A DNA stretch of 61,904 nucleotides, filler included, from Platydemus manokwari (lineage: Eukaryota): the NCBI GenBank assembly GCA_037951405.1. It is 5 parts of 5 records of this genome, joined end to end, with 100 filler letters (N's around TTAATTAATTAA, not from the genome) between each part and the next. Parts side by side here need not be neighbours in the genome. Positions count along the whole stretch, not along the records: positions 11,033 to 21,135 come from JBBMOY011169102.1; positions 21,236 to 39,098 come from JBBMOY010699985.1; 3 more parts are not named here. One strand, 5' to 3'. Positions 14,572-27,148 of this stretch are shown here, one piece after another. The notes under the pieces were generated by a model. The model did not search any database. It saw only the letters and a list, made by a program, of their open reading frames with translations, and was not told where the DNA came from. Every line of letters starts with the position of its first letter. The first letter of the stretch is position 1. Both the position numbers and the translations under genes were made by a program.

Positions 14572-15622
14572 TTAATTTAAATATTCAATGCATGTTATGG
14601 CCTCCTTCAATCCTTGGCCAGCAGAAATTGTCAGAAGATCTTTGATCTCATCTTTCAATCGAGCATCTAATTTGTTGTTCAACAAGAGCGCTAAGTTGTA
14701 TGCTGCGATTGGATGTTGTCCGCTTTTAATGGCTTGCCGATACCATTTTTCCGCTGTCTCAAGATCGTTTAAAGTTTCATAATATGCTCCGAGATTAAAT
14801 TGAGATGGGGGATAATTCATGAGAGCAGCACTATTCCAATAGAGGATAGCTGTTTTGTAATCGAATAATTCAGCGGCATTACAACCCTAGTTTTATAATT
14901 TATTGTTGTTAACATTATTATCTTAATTATTGATTATTATTTTTATTTGTAAATACATTTTTCAAATAAATTCTTTTCTCTAATCATATATGTTATTAGC
15001 ATAATAATTACATAATAAAAATTATAACTATAAAAATACCTTAGTATTCAATTCATGCCCCAAATCGTTGAACTTTTTAACATGGTCTTCATTAACAATT
15101 TTATCACAAGTCTTTTCAATGGAATTGGTTTTAATTTCAACTTTATCATTTATGGATTGATTAGTTAATTTAATTTGCCTTCTATTTGTACCAGACTGTT
15201 CAATGAATTTTGGAATTTTCAAATCTCTGAGTATTTTACCAAGCCAAAAAGAATAATTAAATAATCCAATATGATGTGAAAATTCAAGAATTAAGTTTCG
15301 CCTTTCCAAAAGAGAATAGGAATTTTCAAAACATTTGAAATTATAATTATCAGGAGGTTTTTTGTATATACATATGGTTTGATCGATTTTTGGTGGTGAA
15401 ATTAAAGATAATTTCTAAATTAATATTATGATAAAAGATTAACATTTTAACATAATAATACTTGGTTATCCTTTTCGTCATCATTAACTTTTTTATTAAT
15501 ATTCGGTGAATGATAGATAGAATTGGGTAAGGTTGTTACAGACTGCTTTAATCCTATCAGCTCAATAGATTATATTAATTTTTATAGAAATTTAATTTAC
15601 CCGAGTTAATAAAACGAAACAT
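14572..15622 (-). CDS. SEL1/TPR-repeat protein, DELE1-like (exons 15622-15601, 15553-15462, 15414-15040, 14886-14572; 267 aa)
   Basis: Four GT-AG exons splice in frame from MFRFINSGLKQ to a TAA. The C-terminal half has SEL1-like repeats (ELNTKGCNAAELFDYKTAILYWNSAALMNYPPSQFNLGAYYE; AEKWYRQAIKSGQHPIAAYNLALL; SAGQGLKEAITC) resembling those of DELE1. The orthology is recalled by eye, not searched. Confidence 0.75.
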
Positions 15623-16992
15623 TGTTAAGAAATTCGTGTAATTTTACTCTTTAGTCTCATCAAAAGTAAATAACTTTAATAATTAATATTTTACCAATAA
15701 ATTATTTCAATTAAGTATATCTAAATTCAGTGATAACCTTAAAATGTAAATCATAGCTTGTTCTTATTTAAACAAATCAAATTATACATTAAGCTTATAA
15801 AGAACTCAAATCCTAACCCTGAAATTAGAGTCGCTCTTAATCAAGAAAAAGTTATATAAAATGTTAAAAAAATACTAATTGCTGTGAAGACAATCATTAA
15901 AGAATATTTTTTAATTTTTAATTAAACTATAATGAAAAATTTAGAAAATTAATTTATTTTTAGAATAAATAACTCTTGTTTTTCTAGGGTCTTGCTTTAC
16001 AATGTAAATTGTAAACAAATTTTAAAAATGGAATTTCCATAAACCGTCATTCCTTTGATTATACGTTTTTGAATTTCGAACAAAATAAGATAAATTTAAA
16101 TATCCTTAATATTAACAAGTGCTTTATTCTAATAAAATATGGTTTTATCTCTAAATATTGTATTATCTAAAATGGATTTTCAAAGTTATTATGTTTCATA
16201 AAGTAACTCAATGGATTTTTCGTGCAACCGAATATTTAATTTAATACAATTCACTTAAAATTGTATCCATCGTATGATTTCATTCGTTTACTGCATCTCT
16301 TGTACAACTTCAAATGAATATTGGTAGCATATAAAACGGATTAAGTCATGATGTTCTCGAAAAAATAATACTGCTAAATGATAATAATAATAATATAAAA
16401 TTTTTTTCGAAAAATCTAGACACTGAGACCCTTTTAAAAATAGAAAACATAAATAAAATTAAATAATTCTAAAAACAGAATTAAGATTGCCTATGGGTGT
16501 AAAAGTAGAATAAATAAAATACAACAATAAATAAAAAGATGACTAGTTAGAGAAATTGAAAAGAACAGTAAAAAATTAAATTTGACTCAGAAATAAGCTC
16601 ATAAATTGTTTTAATAAAACCCCCACTTTTATTGAATAAAACATTCATTACTATAGGCAATATTAATTATTAAAAAATTTTAACTCGATTGATTGATTTC
16701 TTGAAGTGAACAAAATGCGGGCTAATCCACTTTGCTAAGGAGAAATTCAATGATCAAGCAAATCGAGGATTCGATTTCAAGCCATCCCTTTATAAACAAA
16801 TTACAACGAACTAACCACGAGAAAATATTAATGCCCATTTACACGTGTTGATGGATTACGGTTATGATAATATTCGGTGATGGTTATAATTTGAATCAAT
16901 CAGATAATCTCAATGATTCAAACGTTGTATTATTTTAGTCCGTCAAAATTTTAGTCCACCAAGAATCTCACTCTTCACAGAAATAAGGTTAA

Positions 16993-17897
16993 TGTTATAA
17001 ATACGAATAAATAATAACAATTAAGGATTATAAATAATAACTTTATTAATGAATAACTTCACAATATATGATTAAACAAAATTAAAAGAGTAAGCTTTAT
17101 GCCCTAAAGAATGAAAATTGGTGGAGGGTCTAAGTGCTCCCTATACCGAATATAAACTAAAGAAATGATAGCTGAGTTTAAAAATCTACAAATTCTTGCG
17201 ACTTTGCAGATGATAGTTCACTCTTTACCAACTAATCTCCTGTCGAAGATTGATGGAAAAACAACGATAACGTGTATGCAATTAAGGCTTACCACGCTGG
17301 ATGAGGATAACTAAAATGAATTCTGATGCTTGGGAACGTAAGAGAAAATGATTTCCAGATGCTTGCAAAAGTACGATAATTATGAGTTCCACTTCTTGTG
17401 AATGAGTTGATTCTGAATCCTAATACGTGTAAGCTGAATGAAATCTGAAGTCCAATGCGGAAATAATAAATGATTCTTAATCGCCTATGATTGCTGACAA
17501 ATAAAAATTTCTGCGAGAAATGTTTTGTGCATTTTGTATCTTATGGAATATGTTTATATAGTTATTTGCACTCACGTAGGCCCCTCTTCGTGCCTGCCTG
17601 TGTTTATGTAGGCCACGCTTTGTGCATTGGCCTTCTCTGTTGATTTGATTTATCATTGTTGTGGGCTCTGATGAATAAGCCCTTTCTACTGAATTGGTTA
17701 CTGCTGACCAATACTGGTTGTTTTTCTAAGTTAGTCACTGCTTTAAAATTTGTAATATAATTTGTTTTATAATTTTTGATTGTAATTTTTTATTATTATA
17801 TTTTATTACCTATTTTATCTGTACTATATCATATTTGTATCCTGTATTATTTTATGTATCTATATTATATTTATTATTATTATATGTATATCCAACA
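16993..17897 (-). repeat. 3' LTR (~905 bp), TGTT...AACA termini
   Basis: Terminal inverted TGTT/AACA, a polypurine tract at 17898-17912, a TATA-like TATATAAAC near 17555 and AATAAA near 17045 on the minus strand. Confidence 0.75.
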
Positions 17898-18112
17898 TGT
17901 CTCCTCCATTTTAAGATTTTCGTCCCGAAAATGACCAAAAAGGAAGGAAGGAAGGTAAGGACATAAAGCTTAATTTATAAAAATACGTATACATATTACA
18001 TTAATTCAACATTCTGAATTTACATAGTGCTAAGATAGGATAATAATGAAATAACACATTGATAATAACCATGATCAAGTCATAAGTCTTTCAAATTTCG
18101 TCAGACAATTAT

Positions 18113-19222
18113 TTAATTTCTTTTCAATCGATCTTCATCTTTTGTCCTGTCATCTGTCGTCATATTTGTTAGGTTTCTGTATTCGAGAAACATGATCTCT
18201 TTAGTTGTTAACTCTCCATACCTCACGCCTGTAACGTGCCATTCCTTGTCATTTTCCTTTATGACCTTGGGTATTTGGTCTGACACTTTGGACTTTTTGG
18301 GATAAGGTTTATCTCTCCTCTTTTTTGGGATGCGTGGGAGGTTCCAAATGTCTGCCGTAATTGACTCCATTACTTTTGGTGTATTCCTTTCGTAGGTGTT
18401 CATGTCCACTTCAGATGGGTTGCACAGTTTGATTTTTTGGTGTTTAAATAACGTTTGCTTTGGTTCACAGCTTGACACAATTTTCGGTCGTGCTGTCTGA
18501 TTTGTGATGAGTGCCTGAGTAAGGCAGGTTTGACTTCCCATGTCTCTAAATGATTTTATCATTGTTGGTTGCAAGTTGGGTATTTCAAGCTCATTTTCAG
18601 CGTGCTGGATTAGAGCCTGATTTGTACGTTCTTCCTCGATGACGAAGTTACTCATTTCTTCCTCGTCTATGTCCATGGCCGACTCAGTCACATGCTGCAC
18701 CTGATCCTGCCATGTAGATTCCAAGCTCAAGTATACTTGTCTTAGTTCTCTAGCTGTGTTCTCGGTGGGTAAATCTGATAATTTCTCCTGTACATAGTTC
18801 GGAAGTGCCGCCTTTGATATCTTCTTCCACTTTAATGATACAGGGTTTACGAATCCTTCGTGTGCTAGATTTTTGGCACGGGCTAGGTCTCTGATACCCA
18901 ATAGGAAGTCGGGATTGACGCCGCATGCTTCTAATGTGTCTGCTACCTTGAACCTCACTAATATTTTATGGGCAGTAACTTATCGTAATTTTTTCTCTCA
19001 TAGGATCTCGTCCCATTGGCCGATTATGTCCTTTTCTGTGATTTTGTCTGATACGTCGTTTTTCAGGTGGCGTATCCATTTTTGAGATGACACCCGTGAG
19101 CTAATGATAACTCGTCCTCGGTAGCCCAAAAGCGTGATAGCTACGAGAGAATTCTCAGTTTCTTGTTATGTCATCATGTTTGCTGTAACAACCATGCACA
19201 AGCACACAAATATGAATTTCAT
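18113..19222 (-). pseudogene. Accessory ORF-B of the LTR element, ~369 codons with three premature stops
   Basis: MKFIFVCLCMVVTANMMT at 19222 is in frame with the 281-aa ORF 18113-18958. It is interrupted by TAA (19168), TGA (19000) and TAA (18982). Confidence 0.6.
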
Positions 19223-19262
19223 CTTGATTTTTTCTTCAGTAAGTATGACTCTGATAAAGGAA

Positions 19263-20107
19263 TTATATGAATGGACGTCCTTCATGAAAATGTACATATG
19301 TTGCCCCCAAACGCGGGGGTTGGATATGTTTGTATTCTTCTTGATCGCGCTCCAGCACAACGGTTGTCGATGTCGTGAATGTTTCGATCTGTGCTTTGCC
19401 TACGCGCTGGTCACAGTATTTGATTTCTAATGTTTGGAAGGAGGCAAGATCGATGACTTCGTCCATACCACGTATCCATATTGTAATTGTATCCGTGATG
19501 GAGTGCAAGTAAGCATGGGTTCGCCTGCATACACCCACCGGTACTGGTAAAATTCTGTATAAGATATACTTTCCTGGTAGTTCGACGAATGTGGTTGTGA
19601 CTGTCCGAGGCGCCTTAGTACCGTATTTCAAATCGTTTGGGAGCTGTGTCTGGTCCGCGTAATATTTGACGCTGTGGCCTTTTGCGCGCTCTTGAAGCAT
19701 GACTTTGTCGAAACATTTACCAGGGGCTTTTTCTGACTTGAATTTGTTTATTGATGAAATCGGATCTGCGAAGGAGGAAGGAATATTGTAATTGTTGACT
19801 CTGACTGGCTGATACTGAATGAAAAATAGATTAATAGGCAAGTAACGATGTTGTGCCAACAATTTATCTTCCCTGATGATTATGGTTTCAATAATGCCGA
19901 TGCTGACTATCATTGACCCCCATTATGTGTGACTATAATACAGATACAAGTATAAATGAAAATATTTAATTATTATTATACACTCGAGGCATTGTACACC
20001 GGGTTGGTGTACTGCTGCCCCCTCTTCTTCGTCCCTAGTATGTAAGCTGTGTTTATCATAATAGGTGTGATTATGGCTAAGAGAAGCAGGCATGAGCAGA
20101 TATTCAT
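19263..20107 (-). pseudogene. Accessory ORF-A of the LTR element: signal peptide + env/F-like beta region, one intron (19981-19933), 1-nt frameshift
   Basis: The first exon reads MNICSCLLLLAIITPIMINTAY...NASS, followed by a 49-nt AT-rich GT-AG segment. Removing one G from the G5 run at 19917-19921 joins it to the 216-aa ORF 19263-19913, giving ~264 aa. It contains the motif FVELPGKYILYRILPVPV. Confidence 0.55.
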
Positions 20108-21058
20108 GCGAATTTTATTATTTTTGTTTTAAAAGTTTTACAGATATGTTTTTATTAAAAATGCCTTAGGCCCAACTTTTGACATTTATTATTATTGCTA
20201 TTGTAATTTACTATTTACCACTGTGTCGCTCTTAAAAATATGTATCTTCCAGTTTACAATTCAAAAGAGATAAGATATTTTGCAAGATGATTATTAATGA
20301 TATCATAATCGAGAAGCTGTCATACATACTAATAAAGCCAATATCAAACCAGCAATATCAAATTATCAATATAACTTTAAACGTCAAAATAAAAATGAAG
20401 CGAATCACTAAATAAAATGTTATTGTCAATTTGGAGAATTAAATGATCGGGATCGAAGTCGAAGACATCAGTTGAAGATTGATGACCTCTCGAGATTGTT
20501 GGGTTATTGCTGCTGGGTTTTATTGGTTGAGTGTTGTCACAGTTATCGGATTTGTAAGGTTTACTTGGAATTGGATAGATCTGTTTGTGGAAGATATTGT
20601 TCGGATATTTTATGTATTTGATTTGAACGAATTTTGATGGTGGCGGGTAAAATTTGATGAATATTGTAATGGAATAATTTCAAAGAAGGTTTGCTAGTCG
20701 AGATATTGGTTTGAGAGTTTGGTAAAACAGATATTGATTTGAGGGTTGAAATATTTTTTTAAGGTTTGAAGATTTGAAGGTTTGGTAAGTAGGAGTTTGG
20801 AGGGAATGTTTCTTTAACAACTATACCCAAAATAATTTTCTTAATAAATGTATAAATGGCAAACAAGTGTGCATAGCAAGTGTACTTTATGGGATCCACC
20901 TATAAAAATCGTAAATCTAGTAGAACGCAACGTTAACATGAAGATTTTAACTTCTGAGATTATATGGAGAAAATTTAACAGATTTTTAAAAAAAAATAAA
21001 TTTTCAAAGCAGCTTCAATTTTCATATAAGTCATTAATTAATTTAAATGATATCTTAC

Positions 21059-21135
21059 TATTGGGTCTATAACTTAATAACCGGAATTTGACACCAGATG
21101 TAAACACTTATGTGTGTGCTGTAGCAAATCATTAA
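21059..21135. repeat. High-copy repeat end (also 51427-51516) at which contigs break
   Basis: TATTGGGTCTAT(A/T)ACTTAATAACCGGAATTTGACACCAGATGTAAACACTT(A/G)TGTGTGTGCTGTAGCAAATCATTAA is near-identical immediately before two different gaps. Confidence 0.85.
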
Positions 21136-23438
21136 NNNNNNNNNNNNNNNNNNNNNNNNNNNNNNNNNNNNNNNNNNNNTTAATTAATTAANNNNNNNNN
21201 NNNNNNNNNNNNNNNNNNNNNNNNNNNNNNNNNNNTATTTTGTCAAACTTTGAAATACGTATTTAGTTAAATAATTGTAATGAAATGTTAACATGTTTAA
21301 ATACGACATTACCCCTAATACAATGAATATTCCAGTGGGTTAGTGATGCCCGGGCTAAAATTAATGATAATTGCGTCAAAAAGCTTTGAAGGCTGCCTAT
21401 CTGGACAGTTGGCTTCGTTAGAAGAAAGCTTCATAGCAAAAAATGAGAGATTTGGACTACTTATCAATAATTATTTGTCGCCAAATAAATGTTCTCGAAC
21501 TTTTCACTTATTATGATTTGATATTTTCATAGAACTTCGTATCAGTGGAATTTAAAAGAGGTTGCTTTGGCTTTTTTAATTTGACCTTAAAGCCAATAAG
21601 TATCACTAGATGCGTAGATTAGTCAAGCATTTTAAAATAACTAAAGCAATTTATAGCTAAACATCTTTCAAGCAACTCAGAGACAAATCAATATTACACA
21701 AAGAACGGATAATGACGGTCTTAATTTTAAATTTCATTTTCTAAACATTATGACATCCTTTATTATTTCGTCCTTTATGGCTAGATATTCTTAGATAACA
21801 GAGTGCACAAGTGCACTTAAACATGCTTTACATAAATCATACACAACACAGATTACGGTCGTGTTAACAATATCCTAGAATAAGAAAAAAACATGTTGTA
21901 ATACCTTTATTAGATGTTTCCATACAGTATTTTATTGTATGAGTTTTCATATAATTTAATGAAATTTTTAGATAAAATTACCAATCGCATAAGAATTCTA
22001 ATGAAAGGAGAAATTTTATCTTAATATTACCGTTGCATAAAATTTGTGAAACGAACCGAAAACTTTCGATAATATTTCGTCAAACTTTCATCAAATCTAC
22101 AAACACGGTTTCGCTTTACTGAGTGCGAAGTGTTGACAGCTTTATTCCTGAAGAGATTTAATTTCTCGTTGTTGATTTTGCTTCCTCTTCTTCCGAAACG
22201 GTACATCTTCCAAATACGTATTAAATGTCACCAATAATTAGATCTCAGTAGATTTGATGGGTGTTTGATAACACGGTGTTAACGCATTTGCTAATCGATG
22301 TTATGACTTGAACTTTCCGTTTTCAGAAAAATTGATTTTCAATAAATTTTTCAAAAACTTTTGTTTATTTTTTTATAATTAAATTTAAATTCAAGCCAAT
22401 TAATGAAAATGAGTATGGATGATTTATAAATTAATTTATAATATTTATACGAAATACGTCAAACAAATTTTACAGATTCCCGGCTAACTCAACCAATGGA
22501 GAATTCAAAATCAAATCGTATCCAAATTATACGATGTATATCGATTGCAATTTGTGAGAATTTTAAAATGATGGTGATGATTTTTCAAAACGAATTTAAA
22601 AGATTTTATAATTAGATTATATATGTTTAAAATATCGATTTGTTTAAATAATTGTGCCATGGCTTTTCAGTTAGTATCCACAATGCACCGTTTATTATTG
22701 TACCGTTATATAAATTGTACCGACTTACATAATTCACTCAACAGTTTTACAATGCATGTACCTGCAATAATTTTTATTTTATAAAATCCTTATCCCTCGC
22801 TGTCATTTATTTCATTTACACTGACAGTACCGAATCAAGAACATATATATGAATACATATATATGAATTAAAAGAAGGTGGTCCTGGAAAACCTTATTAA
22901 TGCTTAACTCTAATCTGTAAATATAAATAGCAAAATTTTACAAAATTCATCCAGAAAAGGAAGAAGCTTGTAAATTATCAATAGTTTTGACAAAATTATT
23001 CTTCTTTTCATACCTTTAATTGTATCAGGATAATTAATTTTTTTTTAATATATTTCCTAAGCTTTAATTTAAGTATTGATTCTTGAATCTCAGTTCGATC
23101 AACAAAACTGAATATTTTTTGTACGAAACTACTTATTTCCGAAGCAATTTTCCCTTTGTCTTTATGAAATTAATCCAGAATTTTATCTGACATATTTAAG
23201 GGCACCAATTTCCAAATGTGGATTTCCTTTATCTCATTTTTGAGCTTTAATTTATTGTTATACGATTTATAATTGTTTTCAATAATTATGGAAAAGAAAT
23301 TTACATTATTATTTGAGAATTTCTTGAGATTGAACACAATGTTGAATAATCTGAGGTTGAAGTTTGAAATGGGAGGAAATATCTAACTGTAACCAAGAAA
23401 CAACTTTACTGCCAGGATTAAACAATTTTTGTCTATGG

Positions 23439-23480
23439 CAGGGGTGTGCAAACTTTTTAAATTGCGCCCCCATTTTTTAT
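23439..23480. mobile_element. hAT-like TIR start
   Basis: CAGGGGTGTGCAAACTTTTT. Confidence 0.4.
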
Positions 23481-25831
23481 CATATTAGCTACTGACGTCT
23501 CTAAAATGGTCCCCGTAATAGGTCATAACTCCCGAATGAAACACTATTTAAATGAAATAAATATCTTCTTCATAGCAATATATAATTCAAATTATACTTT
23601 TTTATTAATTAATAATCTGTAATTTAGATGTCTTTACAAGGATTTTGAACTGTGTAAATTTCTTCAAACAGTAGTTATATTAAAATATTCGCTCCATACA
23701 ATTCATCCATAAAGATCAAGAAAAATAAATCATTGGATATCAAAACAAAATTGTATTAAAAGTAAATATTGGCTTATTTATTTAATTATTTTTCTGAACT
23801 AGTAATGGATATTTGAAATAGAATCTTCAAAATCAAATTTGTCCGTATATAGCTTATAAAATTTGTTAAAGTTATTATTTATTTCCATATTATTCAGAAA
23901 CTTCAAACAACACGCACTAATAGTATTGTGAAGAACGACTGAGAGCTTTTGAGATATTTTATCGTGTATTGAAATTACTAACTTCATAAATGTAATTTAG
24001 AGATTTTTGTTCATTTAATATTATTTTCATGTAATGAGCTTGATTTTTTCAAATTTATCTGATACCATTGACAGTTGTGGCATGGTTCCGGTAATGAAAA
24101 TAAAAATACAATAATGGACAAGAATTGATACAGACATGTTAGCTGTAGCTATACTGTTTTAGTTATTAGAATTATTTAATTCATCCATCAAGACATTTGG
24201 AAGTATATATTTTTAAATAGCGGATTATTTGAACAAATTATAGTATTTCCAGGAGAGTTTAAATAATGTTTATCCTGATTAGAATTATCAAAATTATTTT
24301 ATAAATAAAAATAAAAATTTAATAAATCAGACCAAATACGGTTTTTTATTCTTTTTAAATTACATGTTAAAAATTTTAAATAATTAATAAGTTTTTTAAA
24401 TATTCCTTACTCTATATGTATATTGGTGTCAAGAACATATTCTTTAAAAAATTCGTTTGAATTCTGCGTAGAAATATGTTAATAAACCAGACCAAAATTG
24501 AATTATTGTCAGATCAAATGAATTTTTGTGCAGGCAAGTTCACTGAATGCAAATATTCCCGTTTCTATTTGCTTAACGTGAAGTCCTTTTCCTGATAATT
24601 GAGTTACTTTGAAAAAATGGAGTATTTGCATTGTATTGAATCTGAGATACGTTTGTTAATATTTTCAGTGCAGATATTTTCCATTTTTTATCGAAAGTTG
24701 AGATATCATTGAAAGCGCGTAAAAAATATTACAAACAAAAGTCCTAATTGGTTTTGAATCAGAATGCACCACAGATAATCTCGCCAAACAAATTTAACAG
24801 TTTTATTCATAGAATTTATTACAATTTTTTTATAAATATTTAGTAATAAAATAGCATTAAAAATAAATGTGTTAACGGGCTTAATTTTGTTCCAAAGATC
24901 AAAATGCCTTTAAGCCTTTTATTAGGAAAAAGATTAACCTAAATTAGAGCATCTATAAACATATAAAATTCAACAATCATTGATCGACTAATATTTATTT
25001 AACTAATATATATAACATTACTTTCAAGAAGGTTTTTTTATCAATTCTTTCTAAATTTATTGGCTACCTTGAGGGTTTTGCGCAAAAAGTTTCCCTTTTG
25101 CTCGGATATAGTGCTTCACCAAATCTGTTAGTCACAAATCGAACCGAGACGCCATAAAAACTGAGCCATTTTCTTTTATACATCTATTCAATGAAATATC
25201 ATTATAATCAATAATACAGTGCCATTTTTGTCTCGGTCACTATTTCTTTCTCACATCCTTGGCATCAATTGGTTTTATCTCTGCAAGGAATATTCCACAA
25301 GTCTTTTTCATATCCACTCATTGGATAAATCCTGGTAAAATTTCTTTTACTATAATGATCTCCTTTACTAGAATTTTGTTGTTCCAAACTATTGGATTCT
25401 TATTTTCCCTAGACACGATTTGTATGTAATGGAGAATAAACCAGCCAATGGAACATCATAATTTTTAATCTACGGCTCTCCAATGCGCCTCCATTAGCAT
25501 TCATTCATTATTATTATCTATGAGCCATAATTCCATAACATTTCAATAAGTGTTTCGTTGCACTCAATTATATTCCACTACCATCTGCTTTCTGATAGAT
25601 CTGTGAGTGCTACCTCTTCCTCTTGCGAAATCCTTGGTTGTCTGGAAACATGTTTCAGCATCTTGGTTTGATGCATAGAATAACATTGGCTTCGCAATCA
25701 ATATACCCTGAGTTTTTTGGGTAAATTCCTAAAAGTTGTTTGCCTCTCTTCTCTTTTGGCTCTTGCAAGAGCGTTTATTTCAGCGTAGTCGTCAGTAAAA
25801 CATCGTTTGTTTGCATCAAAATATATATATG

Positions 25832-27148
25832 CAGGGGCCGATAAAAAAATTGTCTTTCGCCGTCCATGAAATCTTATACAAAAATTTTAAAAAATACAAT
25901 TTAAAAGATTTCTTTGTGAAAATCGCGTGTGCAATTATAATAAAAATGTTAGCAAACCATAATAAAGACTAAACATAGTCTCCATCAGCTGCACTGATAT
26001 TCTGAAGGTGACATTTAAATTTTTGAAACTCGCTTGTAAGCTTGGCTTCTGATGCTGACTCTAAATATTGGCGAAAATCGTTGCTCACCTCTCTTGATTT
26101 ACTGAATTTTTTTGCACGTCGGTAGCAGTCGTAGTTCTTAAAGATAAAGTGATCCATGAGGTTTGTGACGGGTGAGTAGGCCGACACTCGATGTTCTACA
26201 AGCCAAAGTCGAATTAACTGTGCTGCGTGAGGTCTGGCATTGTCATGCTGAATGACCATTTCCAAAGCAGATAGTCCTGTTTAAAAGTTTAAAATCATAT
26301 TCTGCAGGAATTGTAGATATCTCTCAGAGTTGATGGATCCACCGTCGTGAAGAATTTCGAAATACGTAAGTGATTTTGCATAGTTGCTGACTACAATAAT
26401 CAGAACTTTGCGATCAGATATTGTCCGCATATTTACTGTCTCAAAGGAAAATCCATTTATCATTGATCACACTGATCTTTTCTTATCCCTTCTTGTCGAA
26501 TGAATATTCAACATTTCTTGACAGCAAGTGACTATGATTCTCTTCTTATTATCCTTCAGAATGTGAAGAGTCCATCTGCCGCAAAGCAACTTCTTTCCAA
26601 GTTCTTATTTCAATATCCCGCGAACACTTGTTTCATAAATGTCAGTGACCATTGAAGTGGCTGGACAGCTTAAATGGCGATTTTCTTCAATCACAATTGT
26701 GAGATATTTTATATGAATGAAATTTCAATTTAATTCTAAACAGTATTATTCAAATTTTATTCAGATTTAATTTTAATTTTACAAAAAATTAAATTAATGT
26801 AAAATTAGAAATATTTGTTTAAATATTTGGATTTAAAATAGATTTTGATGGTGTCTTGACTTTGCAGTTTCTTTTTAATGTGTGGTTATTTTAATAGTAA
26901 CAGCCAACAACAATAGTTATATTCTCTTCCGCAGTGCTCGTTCTTGGTCTTCCTGAACTTTCTTTTCATTCATAAATTGTTCACTGTTCCCTTCCAAACT
27001 CTTTGGTAATCTGCTGTACTCTCCGAAGACTGACGATGTTCTCTACTGCCCAACTTTCGACAAGAAATCGATGGATTTCGGTAACCGAAAAGTTTTTTCG
27101 TGTTAAACTTACAACGAAGAAATTTATGTCGCATTGCTTTACCTTCAT
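25832..27148 (-). mobile_element. Decayed mariner (Tc1/mariner) transposon
   Basis: Transposase remnants: MKVKQCDINFF...EIHRFL...SGRPRTS, GRWTLHIL (WVPHEL-like), QHDNARPH...AYSPVTNLMDHFIF...DGDYV. TIR-like CAGGGG at 25832 after a TA run. An AT-rich insertion lies at ~26710-26910. Confidence 0.85.

Larger units (their letters stand above)
16993..20830 (-). mobile_element. 5'-truncated LTR retrotransposon (Ty3/Gypsy-like) with 3' LTR, PPT and two accessory ORFs
   Basis: On the minus strand a Gypsy-type end (TTTTCGGGACGAAAATCTTAAAATGGAGGAGACA) directly precedes TGTTGG...TAACA. The internal region is markedly more GC-rich than the host DNA. A Ser/Pro/Asn-rich degenerate frame at 20400-20830 may be the pol tail. 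No RT or integrase core is visible. Confidence 0.75.

Noticed and set aside
25060-25810. Possible Gypsy gag/protease remnant on the minus strand
   Set aside because: Too degenerate; no diagnostic motif is intact.
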